A program made the position numbers and the translations under genes. From NCBI GenBank assembly GCA_003344405.1, contig NOWV01000304.1:1-57390 (forward strand): a stretch of DNA of 57,390 nucleotides. The letters are read 5' to 3'. The notes beneath the pieces are model-generated. The model was not told where the DNA came from, did no database searches, and was given only the letters and a program-made list of their open reading frames with translations. Shown here piece after piece: positions 43,779-57,390 of the stretch (positions are counted from its first letter, which is position 1; each line of letters starts with the position of its first letter). Source of the stretch: Trichoplax sp. H2. Lineage: Eukaryota.

Positions 43779-44341
43779 TGTAACGAAACTTAGTATAGTG
43801 ATTACAGACTTTTAGCGATGTTAGTAAGATTTACGGAAGCGTAACTTTCTATATTTATCTTAAGACGTATTTAAAAGCTCGCTACTATAGACTGTAATGG
43901 TAGATTCTATGTTATAGCACACATGCAAATATATAGTAAGGTGTTGAGTTACTATTAAGGCTAGAGGTAAAAATAGAACTGTAATTCATAAATTAGGATA
44001 AGCTTAGTTTACCGTACTTTGACTGCTAAGAATAATATCTTTGGAAATACTGTAGTTTTTTGCATATCGGATTAATGATGGTTGGCTGTAAAATGTTGTC
44101 ACTAATAATAATTTGACTATGTGTAAATTAAGGTAGAATGTTGCTATGCTGATTGTGGCTGTGACTGCTACAAGATGATCATAAGCTGGCAACTTTAGAC
44201 TATCCAGTTCGTTCTTTCTAGAAGTCCTTGAATAGGTGTATTTGGCTAGAGTAGAGCTGTGTGTAGCCAGTCTATGTATTAGGTCTAATAAAGTTCAAAT
44301 TTTCTACAACTTTGGAATTTTCGTGATTGGATTTTATCACA
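43779..44341 (+). mobile_element. Complete family C solo-LTR-like element (563 bp)
   Basis: tgtaac...atcaca termini; perfect TSD gtttg (43774-43778, 44342-44346); aataaa at 44287 near the 3' end; 3' part homologous to 50200-50403. Confidence 0.8.
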
Positions 44342-47300
44342 GTTTGCAATATTTCGAGTTCTGCTTAGTTTCGTCATTCAATCAGCTGACAGTTATGAAA
44401 CGTTAAGTTTCACTTACTAAAATTTTGATGATATGTTATCAATAAAGAATTTTCCTTCCAGCATACTTTAACACACCACTAGCAATACAGTTGTCTTAAT
44501 ATAATAATAATTGTCACTTAGAAACCGATCAGTAATAAAGCATCTCTTCCTGCAAGAACATTACACAGTACCACTGGAATACTCGAAGTAAAACAATTTT
44601 CTTAAAGCACGACTTTTAAATTTGAATCTATGTCACTATTAGCAGCATAGAAGGACATGTCTTTGCATCAAAATAAATTGAATATTTCCGTTATATTATT
44701 GCCTAATAGAAAAGAAAAGCTAATTTATAAAACTGTAAATCCTTCTTGATGCATACCAAGCCAAAAGAAAAGTAGTGATCAAAATCGAACTAAAGTATAT
44801 TATCTCCTTCCACTCGAATTATGCGATCAAGTTATAAGGAAGCTAACAAAATTTTGCGTTAATCAGAATCTAATTTAATAGGTATTTCGATTTTTTGTTT
44901 AACCTATTAAATTGGTACTAACATAAGTCAAGATTACAATCCAAACGTAGAGAATTAGGTATCAGTATTAACATGACAGAATATTCCACTCTATTTTCAA
45001 GGCCCTAATTGGCTAGAAATTACCACTTCCAGAAAAATTTTTCCAATAGGTTTCTTTCAGTTTATGTTACTTAGTTGCAATAAACGTAACTGTAATAAAT
45101 AATAATTTAATTGATTCTCTTCCATTAATACGAACTGTCTATTCAGATATTTCAGTTTGATTTCAGAATCTTTCCTGAAATGTGCGGTTTCCAAAGAAAT
45201 AATATCATCAACTTATCTCACTTTAAATAGGTAAAGGCTCTGAGAACATATGCATTAATGTATAACGTTAGTACTGCAAAGTATGATTCGCTCTTGATTG
45301 CTTAATGGAAATTAAATGTCTTGAAAATAGATTAGCTCACTAAATTTGATTCTTTGCAGTTTTTAAACCAGTGAAGTTATATTTTATCTTTACTGCTAAT
45401 AACGGTCTATTCATAAATTGTTCTAATTAATGGTAGATTATCTTTTAAAAAAAGATGGTGATGTTCTGCTTTAGTTAGACATTATGACCCTAAAGAAACT
45501 CCGTTTAGTGGCTAGCTGTCAATTACGGGCAAGCTGTTGCATTAAAGTTATCCTGTTAGCTACATTTTGACAACAACTTCTAAAGAGACTAGTTCGATGG
45601 CTTTTGACGTATGTTTCCTTCTAATCAAGTGCCAAGTTTGTTATGGAATCATGCTTAGAATCTGCTCAGAATTGTTACTTTTAAGACTTAAACCCTTAAA
45701 TATACGAAAATGAATTTCATTGCTTTAATTTAATCTGAAGTAACGATTTCAAAATAAAAATTAGTCGTGCGTCAGATACATAGCATTAAAACATATACTT
45801 ATAGGATTTGACTGAAATTGGATTAATTTGCATATTATTCTGTTAGTTTTGCTTTGAAGTTAACTAATTTTGAATTACATAAAAATCAATTACTAACGCA
45901 TTATATTCTTACCTTTCTTAAATCTTGGGATGAGTGCAAGATTTGAACTTTACTCGATGTTAAATTCTACTTCCAATTTCTTGATGTTTCCTTTACCAGT
46001 AGTTAGGAAACTTAATTGATATTGATTTTAGCTTCTATTTTAATATCTTGAAATAATTTTGCGTTTTAACGGTAAACAATTTATTTCCTGAATGTACAAG
46101 ATGGGTTAAATCAACTAATATATACTTAACGAAATATGACCATTTAGAAAATCGACCAGCTGAAAGTTACCAAAGGTGTATGATGGTCGATAGTACAATA
46201 ATATTTGTCAATTTTCTTTTGAAGTGAGGATCTCAATAGGAAACTTTTCCAATTAAATTACAAAATTCTCCCAATTGTAACTAATTTAAGTAGGTAAATT
46301 TCTGATACCTCAGATCATTTCAATACAAAAAAATAAAATAAAAATTTACAATGAAAAATAGAAATAATAGAAATGATGATCAAAATTTGCTACACAATGA
46401 TGCAATCGACAATAGAAGCTCTGCTTAATTACTGGTATTATTGTTATTTTCTAAACAGAATTGTATACCTTACTAAATTAGTAATTTACAATATTAACTT
46501 ACGCGTGACTAAAGGAAATTGTTTTTTTAACATTTTCTTTTATTTAACATAACAGTATTATCATTTTCCCCAATTACGTCATCCTGTGTTCCGAATATCT
46601 ACAATCAATATGAATTGGCTAAATGATTAATTGCAACTAATATTAGCAGTTTCATCAGGAAAGTAAAGAAACGCCAATTTATAGGTGATACAGTATTAAT
46701 CCTGAAAAGCGACTGTTATATCCTGTATTCTGATTCTTTAGTACAAATTCTCATCTAATACACATTTATCATCAAACAAAGTATTTTGTTTTATTGATAT
46801 AAATAGATCAATTATACATAAGTTGCAGCATGTAATTTTTATAATATATGAATGTTCTGACAATTTCAAGCATAGTAAATAGCCGGAAAGTATATCGACA
46901 GCGTTACTTAAACAAATTAATTATTTCCGCTTCTTCCATGATGCGCAAATTTATAACCTGTACAATTAAAAGGAAATGGTTTCCTGACTTCCATCTCCTA
47001 TTTTAACCTGTTAAAAATATCAGCCAAACCTTTATAAGAAATAAGGAGAAATTGTAACTTAATATGATTGCCTCAATTTAAATTTTAACTAATGTGACGA
47101 CGAAATCAAGTCTATATGAGCAGAAGAAAAAAATATCTAGATAATTATCAAATAGGAGTTCTAGTTAATAATACCTTAATGATAGACAATACTGGAAGGA
47201 TTAAACGAAAACAGATAGATGCTAACATACTGTATCTTTTTAATATTTTTGATATTTCACATCATTGATACAATGCTTAGAATACTAACCTACAAACTGT

Positions 47301-49574
47301 AAATTATTGTTTATTCGACAAATAATTCGCTAAATGCCAAGTTTTCGATTCCTAAATATACCGCGGTGCTCTATTAAAATGCTCAAAAAACTGAATTATA
47401 ACTTAATTTAAAAACAAATAAATTATTTCTCTCTCTTGACTTTAATCTTCAAGTTTCAATATTTTCTGGATGTATAATGTTGATTTAGGTTATATTTCCT
47501 TCAATCCGACAACAATAATCTACTGAAAAATTACTTAATCTATTCCATTTTTAGTGAATAAATATATAATATACATAAATTATCAAAAGCGAAATTCTTT
47601 CACTATAAATAATAAGAAAGTAAGTCAAAATGTTTAAAATTTTATTCACCGTTACTTGAAAATATACAGCTTCTATATTGTTTTTATACTATTCTAATGA
47701 AATATTTCATTTCAGTTTTTTGATGTTTGATTTCTACATTAATAGTAACCGCAATCAGCAAGGCAGTTTGTTAGATTGAGAATACTATTCAATCAGCTAT
47801 TACAGAAAATTACAACTGCATTTTAGCAATTATTTTGGTTGGTATGAACGTTACTTTAAAGAGTTATTACTGTACGTAACAGTATTAAATTTTTATTATA
47901 AACTTTGAAATAGAATTAAAGTTTTAAAATGTATACTAATTTAATGGTCAATATTGTATCGCATTTTATACTGCATCTAAGATGAGCCCATGTATAAAAG
48001 AACTGTTTCTAACAGACAATTAGGAGACAAATATTTAGAAAATGAATTTAGATTTTCTTAGCGTATACTCTCTCCTTGTATATTGAGAAAGGCAATGTAA
48101 TAACGCTTAATAATTTGATATATAACAATAAAGGCTATAGAAAGAAAGGATATGTTTATGGTTTTAATATTAATAATGTACCCATTTTTCATCTTAAGAT
48201 CACAAATTTAACATAAATAAGAAATTTATTCCTGTATCGTTATCATAATATCAATTTTATGATCATAATAGTAGTTATTATAAGTTACTGCAACTCTGTT
48301 ATGGTTTTGCTTTATAATGAAGCAAAATGTTGCTTAACGGAACTAGCATAGAGATGAAAATAAGATATTTGTTCGTATTTTTCCGTCAAATCATATAATC
48401 AGCCATAATATTACATTTACTAAAGGAGCAAATTATGGGTAACCGTTATAAAAAGTGTTTAAAATTTCATTCAGAGATGATAAACTAGATGAACATTAAT
48501 GCTTAAAATTTTAATATCTTTACGTAAGTATGTGTGATTAACAATCTGATTATTTAAGCTTCTAAAAGCTGAAGCTTCTTATTTTTACTGAGTCTTGGTA
48601 TGACATAGCAATACGTAATTTAGATTTTAAATTTTATTTATAGTGTCAGTACGAGCTCATACTATCAAACATAGCCGTAAGCTTCATTGACAAAACAGAA
48701 CTATCAAGTATATGCTGTTTATGTTAATGATGTAAATATGGAGAACGAGAAATTCGAAGTTAATAGAGTAAATATGAAACCGTAATAGTAATTTCTAATA
48801 TCAAAAAACCGAATAACATCCACCGCCAAAACTACGACGATGGCAATTTTATTTATTGTGCATAACATTTTCTATAATTATAATATAATGAGCTGAAATA
48901 AAATATAGTTTAATAAAATTTTGGTAACGGCTAGAAATGCATCTTCGATTTTTAAATTTTCAACCAGAAAACTATTGAATAGAAGAAAATACCGACCTAA
49001 ATTTTAACTTCTAACATTAATAAATTACAAGCTTACATGCTAAATTAAATTTCCTCTCTGTTCTATTAATTTGCTTCCTATTTGGTTCTTATATTTAAAT
49101 GTTCATTATTTTAAGTATGTCAACATTATTCAAAAGCAAATAAGGAATGGCCCAACAGTTGACAATTGCAAATAGATGGCATTAGGAGTTGCGTCATTAA
49201 TTGTCATGAGAGCGTAATAATAACATGATAATTAATTCTAAAAGAACGTAAACGAAAATCTCGAATCTAAAATTTAATGATATGATACAATAAATATTGG
49301 ATTTCTTGTCTGTAATTCCTTATCCTGTCTCAAGATATTTAAAATGAGTTTGCATTGAATTAATTGCCATTAATATCGTCCATTATTGGCACAAGGACGA
49401 TTGTGACACAAGAAAACAACACAGTACTTATAATAAGCTTTACTTTAGTCCGCAGTACTACTTCCCTAGCCTACGGTATAGTAACTGGAATCCTTGCGAA
49501 GTACTGACTCGCTCAGCATCAGTATGCGGTACATCTCACAACTTAGACCTAGCCTGAATCAATTTTTAATAATC

Positions 49575-50701
49575 TGTCACAAAACAGCTTTGCAACAAGA
49601 TAACGCAATATACGGTCAATAAGTCAATTCCTTGAACCACGTATCAAGGAACGATATCTACACTATCACGAACACTTTTGTTCTACTAGCAGACTACACA
49701 AAGACTTAAACGCCTCGTATTATACGTTAAACACTTAAGTTTGAGAATTCTCTTTATTTTACGATATACTTCATTTATATACTATTCCTCAATAGTTCAT
49801 GAGTCATAGTTAATACAATTAACGTTGGAATCATTTACTGAATTAGATATTAATTTTAGCTACTGCTCCCTTAATGCAGACAACAGTATTTACCAACATA
49901 GACATGTAATGACTAATACAGAATAGTCAGATTACGATATGTTTTATCACGGAACATTTCCATGATAATTTACAGTCTACCATAAGTAAATTACAATCAC
50001 AATGATTCGAACTGTAAGCAGATGATTTGCATTCCCTATTATAACCATTAATTTCAGTATGTGTATAAGTGTTACTGTCATAAAAAGTCAGAGCTATATT
50101 AAAACACAGTATATCCAAATTAGAAGTTAACTAAATAAGGATAGTCTAACAGGATTATCCTAACATAGATATTTCTACTNNNNNNNNNNNNNNNNNNNNT
50201 AAAAGGTTGCCATGCGGATTGTAGCTGGGAATGCTACGGAAAGTATAAAAGCATGCAACTTTAGATTATTCTGTTAGTTCGTTGTAGAAGTCTTTAGAAG
50301 TAGTATTCGGCTAGAGTAGAGCTGTGTAGTTAATCTTTGTATAAGATTGAATAAAGCCCTTATTTTTCTAAAATTTGGAATTTCGTGATTGGTATATATC
50401 ACAAACGACTAATACAGAATAGTCAGATTACGATATGTCCTATCACGGAACATTTCCATGATAATTTACAGTCTACCATAAGTAAATTACAATCACAATG
50501 ATTCGAATTGTAAGTAGATGATTTACTTTCCCTATTATTGCTATTAATTTCAGTATGTGTATAAGTGTCACTGTGATAAAAAGTCAATGCTATATTAAAA
50601 CGCAGTATATCCAAATTAGAAGTTAACTAAATAAGGATAGTCTAACAGAATTATCCAAACATAGATATTTCTACTGTAATACAGTATTTAACACTGTAAC
50701 A
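49575..50701. mobile_element. Family A element (49575-50179, and 50404-50701 after the gap)
   Basis: Starts tgtcacaaaacagc, ends tgtaaca; flanks taatc/tgatc (TSD with 1 mismatch). Confidence 0.75.
50200..50403 (+). mobile_element. 3' part of a family C-related element inserted into family A
   Basis: Shares ggctagagtagagctgtgtag and tttggaatttcgtgattgg..atcaca with 44140-44341; tataaaa at 50244, aataaa at 50350. Confidence 0.7.
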
Positions 50702-51252
50702 TGATCACAGTCCTTCTTATATGCTTATTCAGTGGTTATAAACATATTTACGATGCCATATACATATTTCAATAAGATGCATGCTATTATGATTGAATTA
50801 TCAAATACGGCCATTCGAGGTAATAAGCAATTTCATACATAAATCTATTTATACTGTAAGCCCTATCAAGCTGCTATATTCTCAATACTTACTTGCAATA
50901 TATCACTATATCATCACAACATCATATAAACTTAGCTTATTACTAACAATAACAATTCCTAAAGTAGTAGTTCATACTTCTGAGAAGTTCAAAACAAAAT
51001 ATTATCGTAAACTGCACATCTATATCTAAGTTATTTTGATGGCCGTGACAATTAGACGGTTCACAATTACCTAGATTGGCAAGTCTGATTATAGAAATTA
51101 TTTTAAAGTTGTTTCAAATAAGTTTTGGACTAGTGTACGTGCTATTAAAAAAGATACTGATCTTGTAGTAAATTCTCAAGGTTTAAAGTTGATATAGACA
51201 GAAATTAAATGTTGAATTCATATCTGCATTGCTTTCAATTATGACGATTGCT

Positions 51253-51372
51253 GCCGTAACAAAATAATAACTACCGTAGTTCTTACTGTAAGCCATTATT
51301 AGTTATTTTCATATTATAAATGTTAAACACTAAATTTTGTCATTTACTCTTCACGGTGGTTCGCGCCGTGAC
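51253..51372. mobile_element. Family B terminal fragment
   Basis: Aligns with ~12672-12790 (ttcttactgtaag.cattattagttat...aaatgttaaacactaaattt). Confidence 0.65.
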
Positions 51373-52869
51373 TGAATGATTGTGAGAAAATCTGTAGACT
51401 TTCAAGTTGAATGGTTTATAGTGGACTATTATTCTTCTTCTAAATATAATAGCGGTAATATATGATATTCATTTTACTTTATCAAAATTTTTTAGTCAAA
51501 TATAGAGCAAAGGCTGATACTGAAATAAGCATACTCATCTAGATTAGTAAGACCCAATCTTATTTTAAATAATGCAGTAAAAATTGTATACGATACATTT
51601 GTTTATTATGGTAAAGTACCGCTAACTTTTCAAGCAGATATAGAAATCAAAGAAAACATCATCAACATCTGTCAAAACCAGCTCTTATGATTAGACCTAA
51701 ACTGGTCTAGCTAATCTTCGGCTAACTTTTAAAGAATCTCTATTAAGAAATTTACTTATTCCAATACTAAAAAACTGAGTCAAACGATATAGATTTAGAT
51801 TAATTGATTTTATTTACTTCTGGCTATTGCATGGTAGTGTTAGTGTACTCTGAGTTGTCCTCGGTCATTACTTTTTTAATCATAAGTACTGATCAGCGAA
51901 GTCATTCTGATAATTGTAAATGAGTACTAGTCATAAACAAGGAGCATCAAGTACGTAGCAAGGACGTGTTTCTTTATATTGCTGCCGATAAATAATCTGT
52001 AAAAATTAAACATATGCTTATGTGACGTATTCCTTTTCGATTTGGTCCTAGTGGGCTTAAGTTTTTAGATCACATTCGAATTTATTTCAGTAAATTAAAC
52101 TTTCGCCTTCAATAATCCTCTTAACCATTTCGCCATCAAAACAGCGACTTTCTAGTATTTTTAGATTGATAAAGTCAAAAAATAAGAATTTCTGCTAAAC
52201 TATCAGAATTTCACCAACATACACATTTACGCAGTTTTTATTAATTCTGCTGTTATAAACTAGTGAAAGAATATTAAATATAAGCTTATGCCATTTTAAA
52301 CGCCATTTTTTTTAACATCACAACAAATATTCTTTCGCATGTTCAATATCACGATAAAATTATTCTTACTGCTAATATTATATAGAATCTTTGCAACATT
52401 ATAATAGTGACATGAATAAAATTATGACGACAAGTAATAAGTTAAAGCTAGAAATGGACTCGTTGGTGATACTAGTACATTCGCAGGTACACATTAAAAC
52501 GACTAGAACATATTATCTAAGCTCCATCTGAAAGGATATGCATTTAATATCAAAGCATAGAAGTTCTTACTAGAATTTCTCAAGTAATATTGTACCAAAA
52601 ATTTAAGTTAAACTAACGAAAATTGAAATCCTAACAAAATAAATTAGGTGGAAAATACTAGTTTATTATAATTTTAACGATAATCTCAGCAAAATTTTCT
52701 AAAAGGACAACCAAAATATGGGCAGAGTTACTACATTAACCTACCAAACTATCAATTAGTAAGATGTCTAACAATTATCCTGGACTTTTCTTGTCTTTTC
52801 TGTCTTTAACTGAACTAAACTATCGAACTAAAGTACCTTTAAAATGCCGTAATGAGCAGTTGGTATTTG

Positions 52870-53118
52870 TAATGAAATGAAAAGTGTAGAGATCAAGCTA
52901 CAAAACTTTAACAAACTTTGATTCTACTTTCGTTGTACTCTGGTCGACTTAGCAAAACTTTAACACCAAATAAAATTTGGGGAAATAACCGAATAACAAT
53001 TTATTACAATACAAATGGAGAGAAGTATAAACCCAACAACCTTACAAATACTTAGCTTTAAGTATTGATAAAATAAATGACAGACTTAAAACTGTCAACG
53101 ACCAAACAACCTTTCAAA
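52870..53118 (-). repeat. Family D repeat, inverted copy; probably extends to ~53780
   Basis: Reverse complement of 2371-2625; followed by a G-poor, A/C-rich stretch up to ~53780. Confidence 0.65.
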
Positions 53119-55418
53119 AAAAACAACGTTTTAACTTACGACAATTCGACCCCGGAGGCCTTTTAAATTGTACAAGTTCTTCAAATAAAATCTTCTTTTA
53201 CTCTCTCTCTAAATTTTCTAATTGCACTATCATTTATAGGCTTCGTAGAGCCGTCAGAGGTGTTTAAAACTAATCATTTGCTAACCAATCGCTCTTACGA
53301 TCCGTTTTAGAAAACTACTTTGCACCATTTAAGAAAACAAAAATCATTCAAAGTTCAGACACAATTTACCCTACGATTCCCTTACAAAACACTATAAAAC
53401 TAACAAATTAACTATAAAAATGCATCAAACTTCACTTCTAACATAATTTCTATCGTTAATACACTATACAAGTCTAAAAATCAACCTTTAAACATCAAAA
53501 TTTAGTCATAAAAACAACATTCTAACTACCTAACAATCAACACAACCTCTGCCAATTTCCATCGTATTTTCTATTTTCCTCACTAAATTTTTCTAATGTG
53601 ACTTCGAGTCACGTCATAAAATTGCAAAGTTTCAAATTCATAACAAAAAGTCCAAATTTCAAAAATCAACTCTTACGATATTTTTTATGAACAAAAATCT
53701 AAAAATTAAAACAGGAAAATTATCTCGGACATGAATCCGACCGCGGTTCCGGAATCCGAATCCGAAAAAAATCCGGACTTTATAATGATTACAATAATCG
53801 CTATTTCGCTAATCAAAAAATTTTATATGACTATCACGACTACTTTTCTGACATTAGTATCACTGAGTATTGACAGTTGACGTTTTAGCGTCAGATTGTA
53901 CTGTAACTGTACGATTATAGACTACATTACGGTACTTTATCGTCATGTTATAAATCCCCTTTCTCTAAGGATAGGGTTTTGTTACTAAGTCAAATTCCTT
54001 TACAATTTAAATAGACGATCAAACGCCCTTTCTTTAGATTAGGCAATTGCTCTCGGGCTACTTCTATAGTAATCTATATAATACCTTGTAAAATAATGAA
54101 GAAGAAAAGATGGCGACATGATGATTTGGCAGGGTAAAATTTAAAGACACTATCACTTTCTAGGTATTTTCTATAGTAAAATAGTACTAGTTACGTACTA
54201 AAAGCTATTAAGAACTCTACTTTTAGTCCTTTACTACATATTATTAGACTATCCAACTATCATTCTGAAGTACTCTAAATTAAAATAGCAATCAAACATA
54301 CATCATAAGATAAATTATGCCCTAGATACTTGGAAACTACTAAATTAATATAAGAACACTTTAGACCGAAATTGCATATTTTTACAGTATACAATAAAAC
54401 AAAACAACAATCTTACATTACCACCCAGATGAAACGCCAAGGTTCATTCTGTATTAAACTACAAAGTAACATTAACTCCTACTGTAATTATTTAATGATA
54501 AAAATTAGCACATATACATTCTATTAACTAAATACATCATTTGAATTACAGCTCACTATATCTGATTCTTTACAAGAATTATGCGGATGATTATCTTAAA
54601 TTCTAACCTGAAAAAAGCAGCCGGGTTGAAAATATACCAAGAAATCAAGTAAAATTACTGTTATAATCAACCAAATAAGTCATATTTTTAAAGCTGGAAT
54701 ACTTATTGTGATACAAAAACTAAGCTAGAATAATTACAATAATAGATATTGAATGAGAATTCTAAAAATTAATCTTCATTACTCTAAGACGAAACATCTT
54801 CCAATTGTTTCTGTATAAAACGACATTATACGAGTATCTATCAATGCCTCTTTCGCCAATATTTGGAGTACAGTCGTTTGTATAATCATAATCTTAAAGG
54901 AATTAATTTTTTCAGATTATCACAAAAAACGATGGCGGAGCTATCATTCCTCGGTTGTTTTTTAATTGTTTTTAATGGAAACGGTATGTTTTTCAGATTT
55001 TAGTTAAAATGATCTAATCCTAAAATTTTACTGCATGAGTAACACTTTTGTGAATTCTCCAGATGTAACCGCAATATTAAAATAGGTATACACACATGTG
55101 ATACTGTATACCTGAAATGATTATAAAATGAATAATAAAAACACTTCAAGATTGGACGCAGTTGGAATGTTCTTAAAATTAATCGATAGATAAGGGATTT
55201 TATAGTAAATTAAATTAAAAGACTTTCTATAATTTAGAAAAGTTAGCAATAAGCTGATCGCGAGTTACAGAATAGAGATCATAAAGAGCATTACATAAGT
55301 TTTAATTATTAGAAAATCATTATTATTCAAATTTTAATGATGCTAAAGGACCTTAAATGCTTTCATTTATTTCAAAATTGTTAGTAACTTGAGTGTTCGC
55401 TTTAAAACAATTTAAGAG

Positions 55419-56136
55419 TGCCATAAAACAGCTTTGCAACAAGATAACGTAATGTACGGTCAATTCATTGAACCACGTATCAAGGAACGATATCTCCACT
55501 ATCACAAACACTTTTGCTCTACTAGCAGACTACACAAAGACTTAGACGCCTCGTATTTTACGTTAATCACTAAGTTTGAGAATCCTCTTTATTACACGAT
55601 ATATTGCATTTATATACTATTCCTTAATAGTTCATGAGTTATAGTTAATACAATTAACATTAGAATCATTTACTGAATTATATAATAATTTTAGCTACTG
55701 CTCCCTTATTGCAGACAACAGTATTTACGAACAAAGACATCTGATGACTAATACATAATAATCAGATTACGATATGTCCTATCACGGAACATTTCCACGA
55801 TAATTTACAATCTACCATGAGTAAGTTACAATCACAATCATTCGGACTGTAAGTAGATGATTTGCATTCCCTATTATAACTATTAATTTCAGTATGTGTA
55901 TATGTGTCACTGTCATAAAAAGTCATGTAGTAAAGGACAAAAAATAGAGTCCTCTGTAGCTTTTAGTACGTGACTAGTATATATTCAGTATGTGTATAAG
56001 TGTCACTGTTGTAAAAAGTCAGTGCTATATTAAAACACAGTATATCCAAATTAGAAGTTAACTAAATAAGGATAGGCTAACAGGATTATCCTAACATAGA
56101 TATTTCTACTCTAATACAGTATTTAAAACTGTCACA
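55419..56136. mobile_element. Family A element with internal insertion/duplication
   Basis: tgccataaaacagc...tgtcaca; flanks aagag/aatag (TSD with 1 mismatch). Confidence 0.8.
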
Positions 56137-56411
56137 AATAGATACGTTTTGAAAGTTCAAAGCATAAGAGGATTAGTTAAATTTTAAATTCTTTAATATA
56201 GGGAAGACTACTTCTTTCATTTCTCACTACGCATGTATATTAATAATTTATGTAATAAATTTGTCGCATGTCCTGTGGTAATATCAATTAGTAATAGTAT
56301 TGTAAGCGTTGTTATGAAGTTTTTCAGCTCTCAGTTCGTCTTAAAATCCGAATACCGAGAAAAGCATATGAAATAATTCAAATTTAAATTGCAATGCCAC
56401 AAGTACCTGTA

Positions 56412-56918
56412 TGACACAAAAAAATAAGTTACTTATAGTATATTTTATTTCAGTCAGCACTACTTCTTCCCTATGCAACTGTACTGTAACTAGAATCTTT
56501 ACGAAGTATACATGCACTAGTGCGTAAGACAATAAGTATGTAATGTCACTCTCACACATTTTATTGATGATTACCCAACTTATGCGTATATACTTTATCA
56601 GTAGTTGTAAACACATTTACTATAATATCAGCATATCTTTATTAACACTGATGTCGTTACAATTGAGTTATCATATACTGATACATGAACTAAAAATCAA
56701 TTTCATACATAAGTTTACCTCTGTTGTGAGCCCTATAAAGTTCCTTCATTTCAATGACCTAATTGAGATTTATTTCTATTCCGTCATAATATCGTTTGGA
56801 TTTACTTTATTGCTAACAATAAAAATCTTTTTAAAAAGCGCTTTATATTTCTATTAACCTCAAACAAAAAGTCATGGTAAGCTATATCCATATCGTACTT
56901 ACTTTCATAACTGTTACA
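56412..56918. repeat. Family E-related diverged copy
   Basis: Patchy similarity to 49404-49574 plus 50702-51050; tgacac...tgttaca ends. Confidence 0.45.
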
Positions 56919-57333
56919 AGTTAATATACAAATTTTAAGACCGCATAATCAGCTGTTCTACTAGCGAAATTTTCCATGCAAATTCATACCAGTCTTACAA
57001 CAAATGATAGAGTAGCCTATAAAAGTTTTTCAAAGATAAATTGATTTAATTAAGATTTTCAATGTAATTTCACTCTGATTACTTCCGTGCTATATGAAGA
57101 TATGGTGTTTTTCATTTTTATTCCTATCTAGATTTATTAATAAATATTATAATCAAAGAAGTGCTAGTGATAGAGAAGACTATTATAAGAAACTTAAAAA
57201 TATAAGTTCATTCCAATTAATATTCGGAGAATGGGGCCATCTTTAGTTTTGTTTCATTTCTAATCCTTATTTATTACTGAAGTCTATAATCAAAAAGATG
57301 TAAGTAACTGTCATGCGTAACGAATTATAGTCC

Positions 57334-57390
57334 TGTCACAAAACAGCTTTGCAACAAGATAACGTAATGTACGATCAATAAGTCAATTCC
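57334..57390. mobile_element. Start of another family A element, cut by window end
   Basis: tgtcacaaaacagctttgcaacaagataacgtaat matches the start of the copy at 41788. Confidence 0.8.

Larger units (their letters stand above)
49404..51050. mobile_element. Family E repeat (49404-49574 plus 50702-51050) hosting nested family A and C elements
   Basis: Both halves resemble 56412-56918 (ctacttccct..gtaact.gaatc..gaagta; caatttcatacataa..agccctat); tgacac...gtgaca ends; no clear TSD. Confidence 0.5.

Overview
AT-rich, intron-rich eukaryotic (animal) genomic DNA with four 20-nt N gaps; short introns, compact genes and the peptide style suggest a placozoan such as Trichoplax (inference only). Three conserved multi-exon genes can be spliced by eye: full-length COMMD6 (-), AAA+ ATPase SPATA5/AFG2A (+) and CLHC1 (-), plus an orphan ~203-aa ORF (-). 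The most striking item is invisible to the ORF track. At about 9.6-16.8 kb lies a secreted peptide-precursor gene built almost entirely from 3-42-nt microexons: a signal peptide followed by KK/KR-flanked peptides ending in -LF/-FF. Its core is a ~236-bp tandem array of two-microexon cassettes with all exons phase 1-1, so exon skipping could give a combinatorial peptide library. The flanks carry many TG...CA solo-LTR-like elements with 5-bp target-site duplications (TSDs), several nested. The assembly gaps appear to capture filled and empty haplotypes of insertions.
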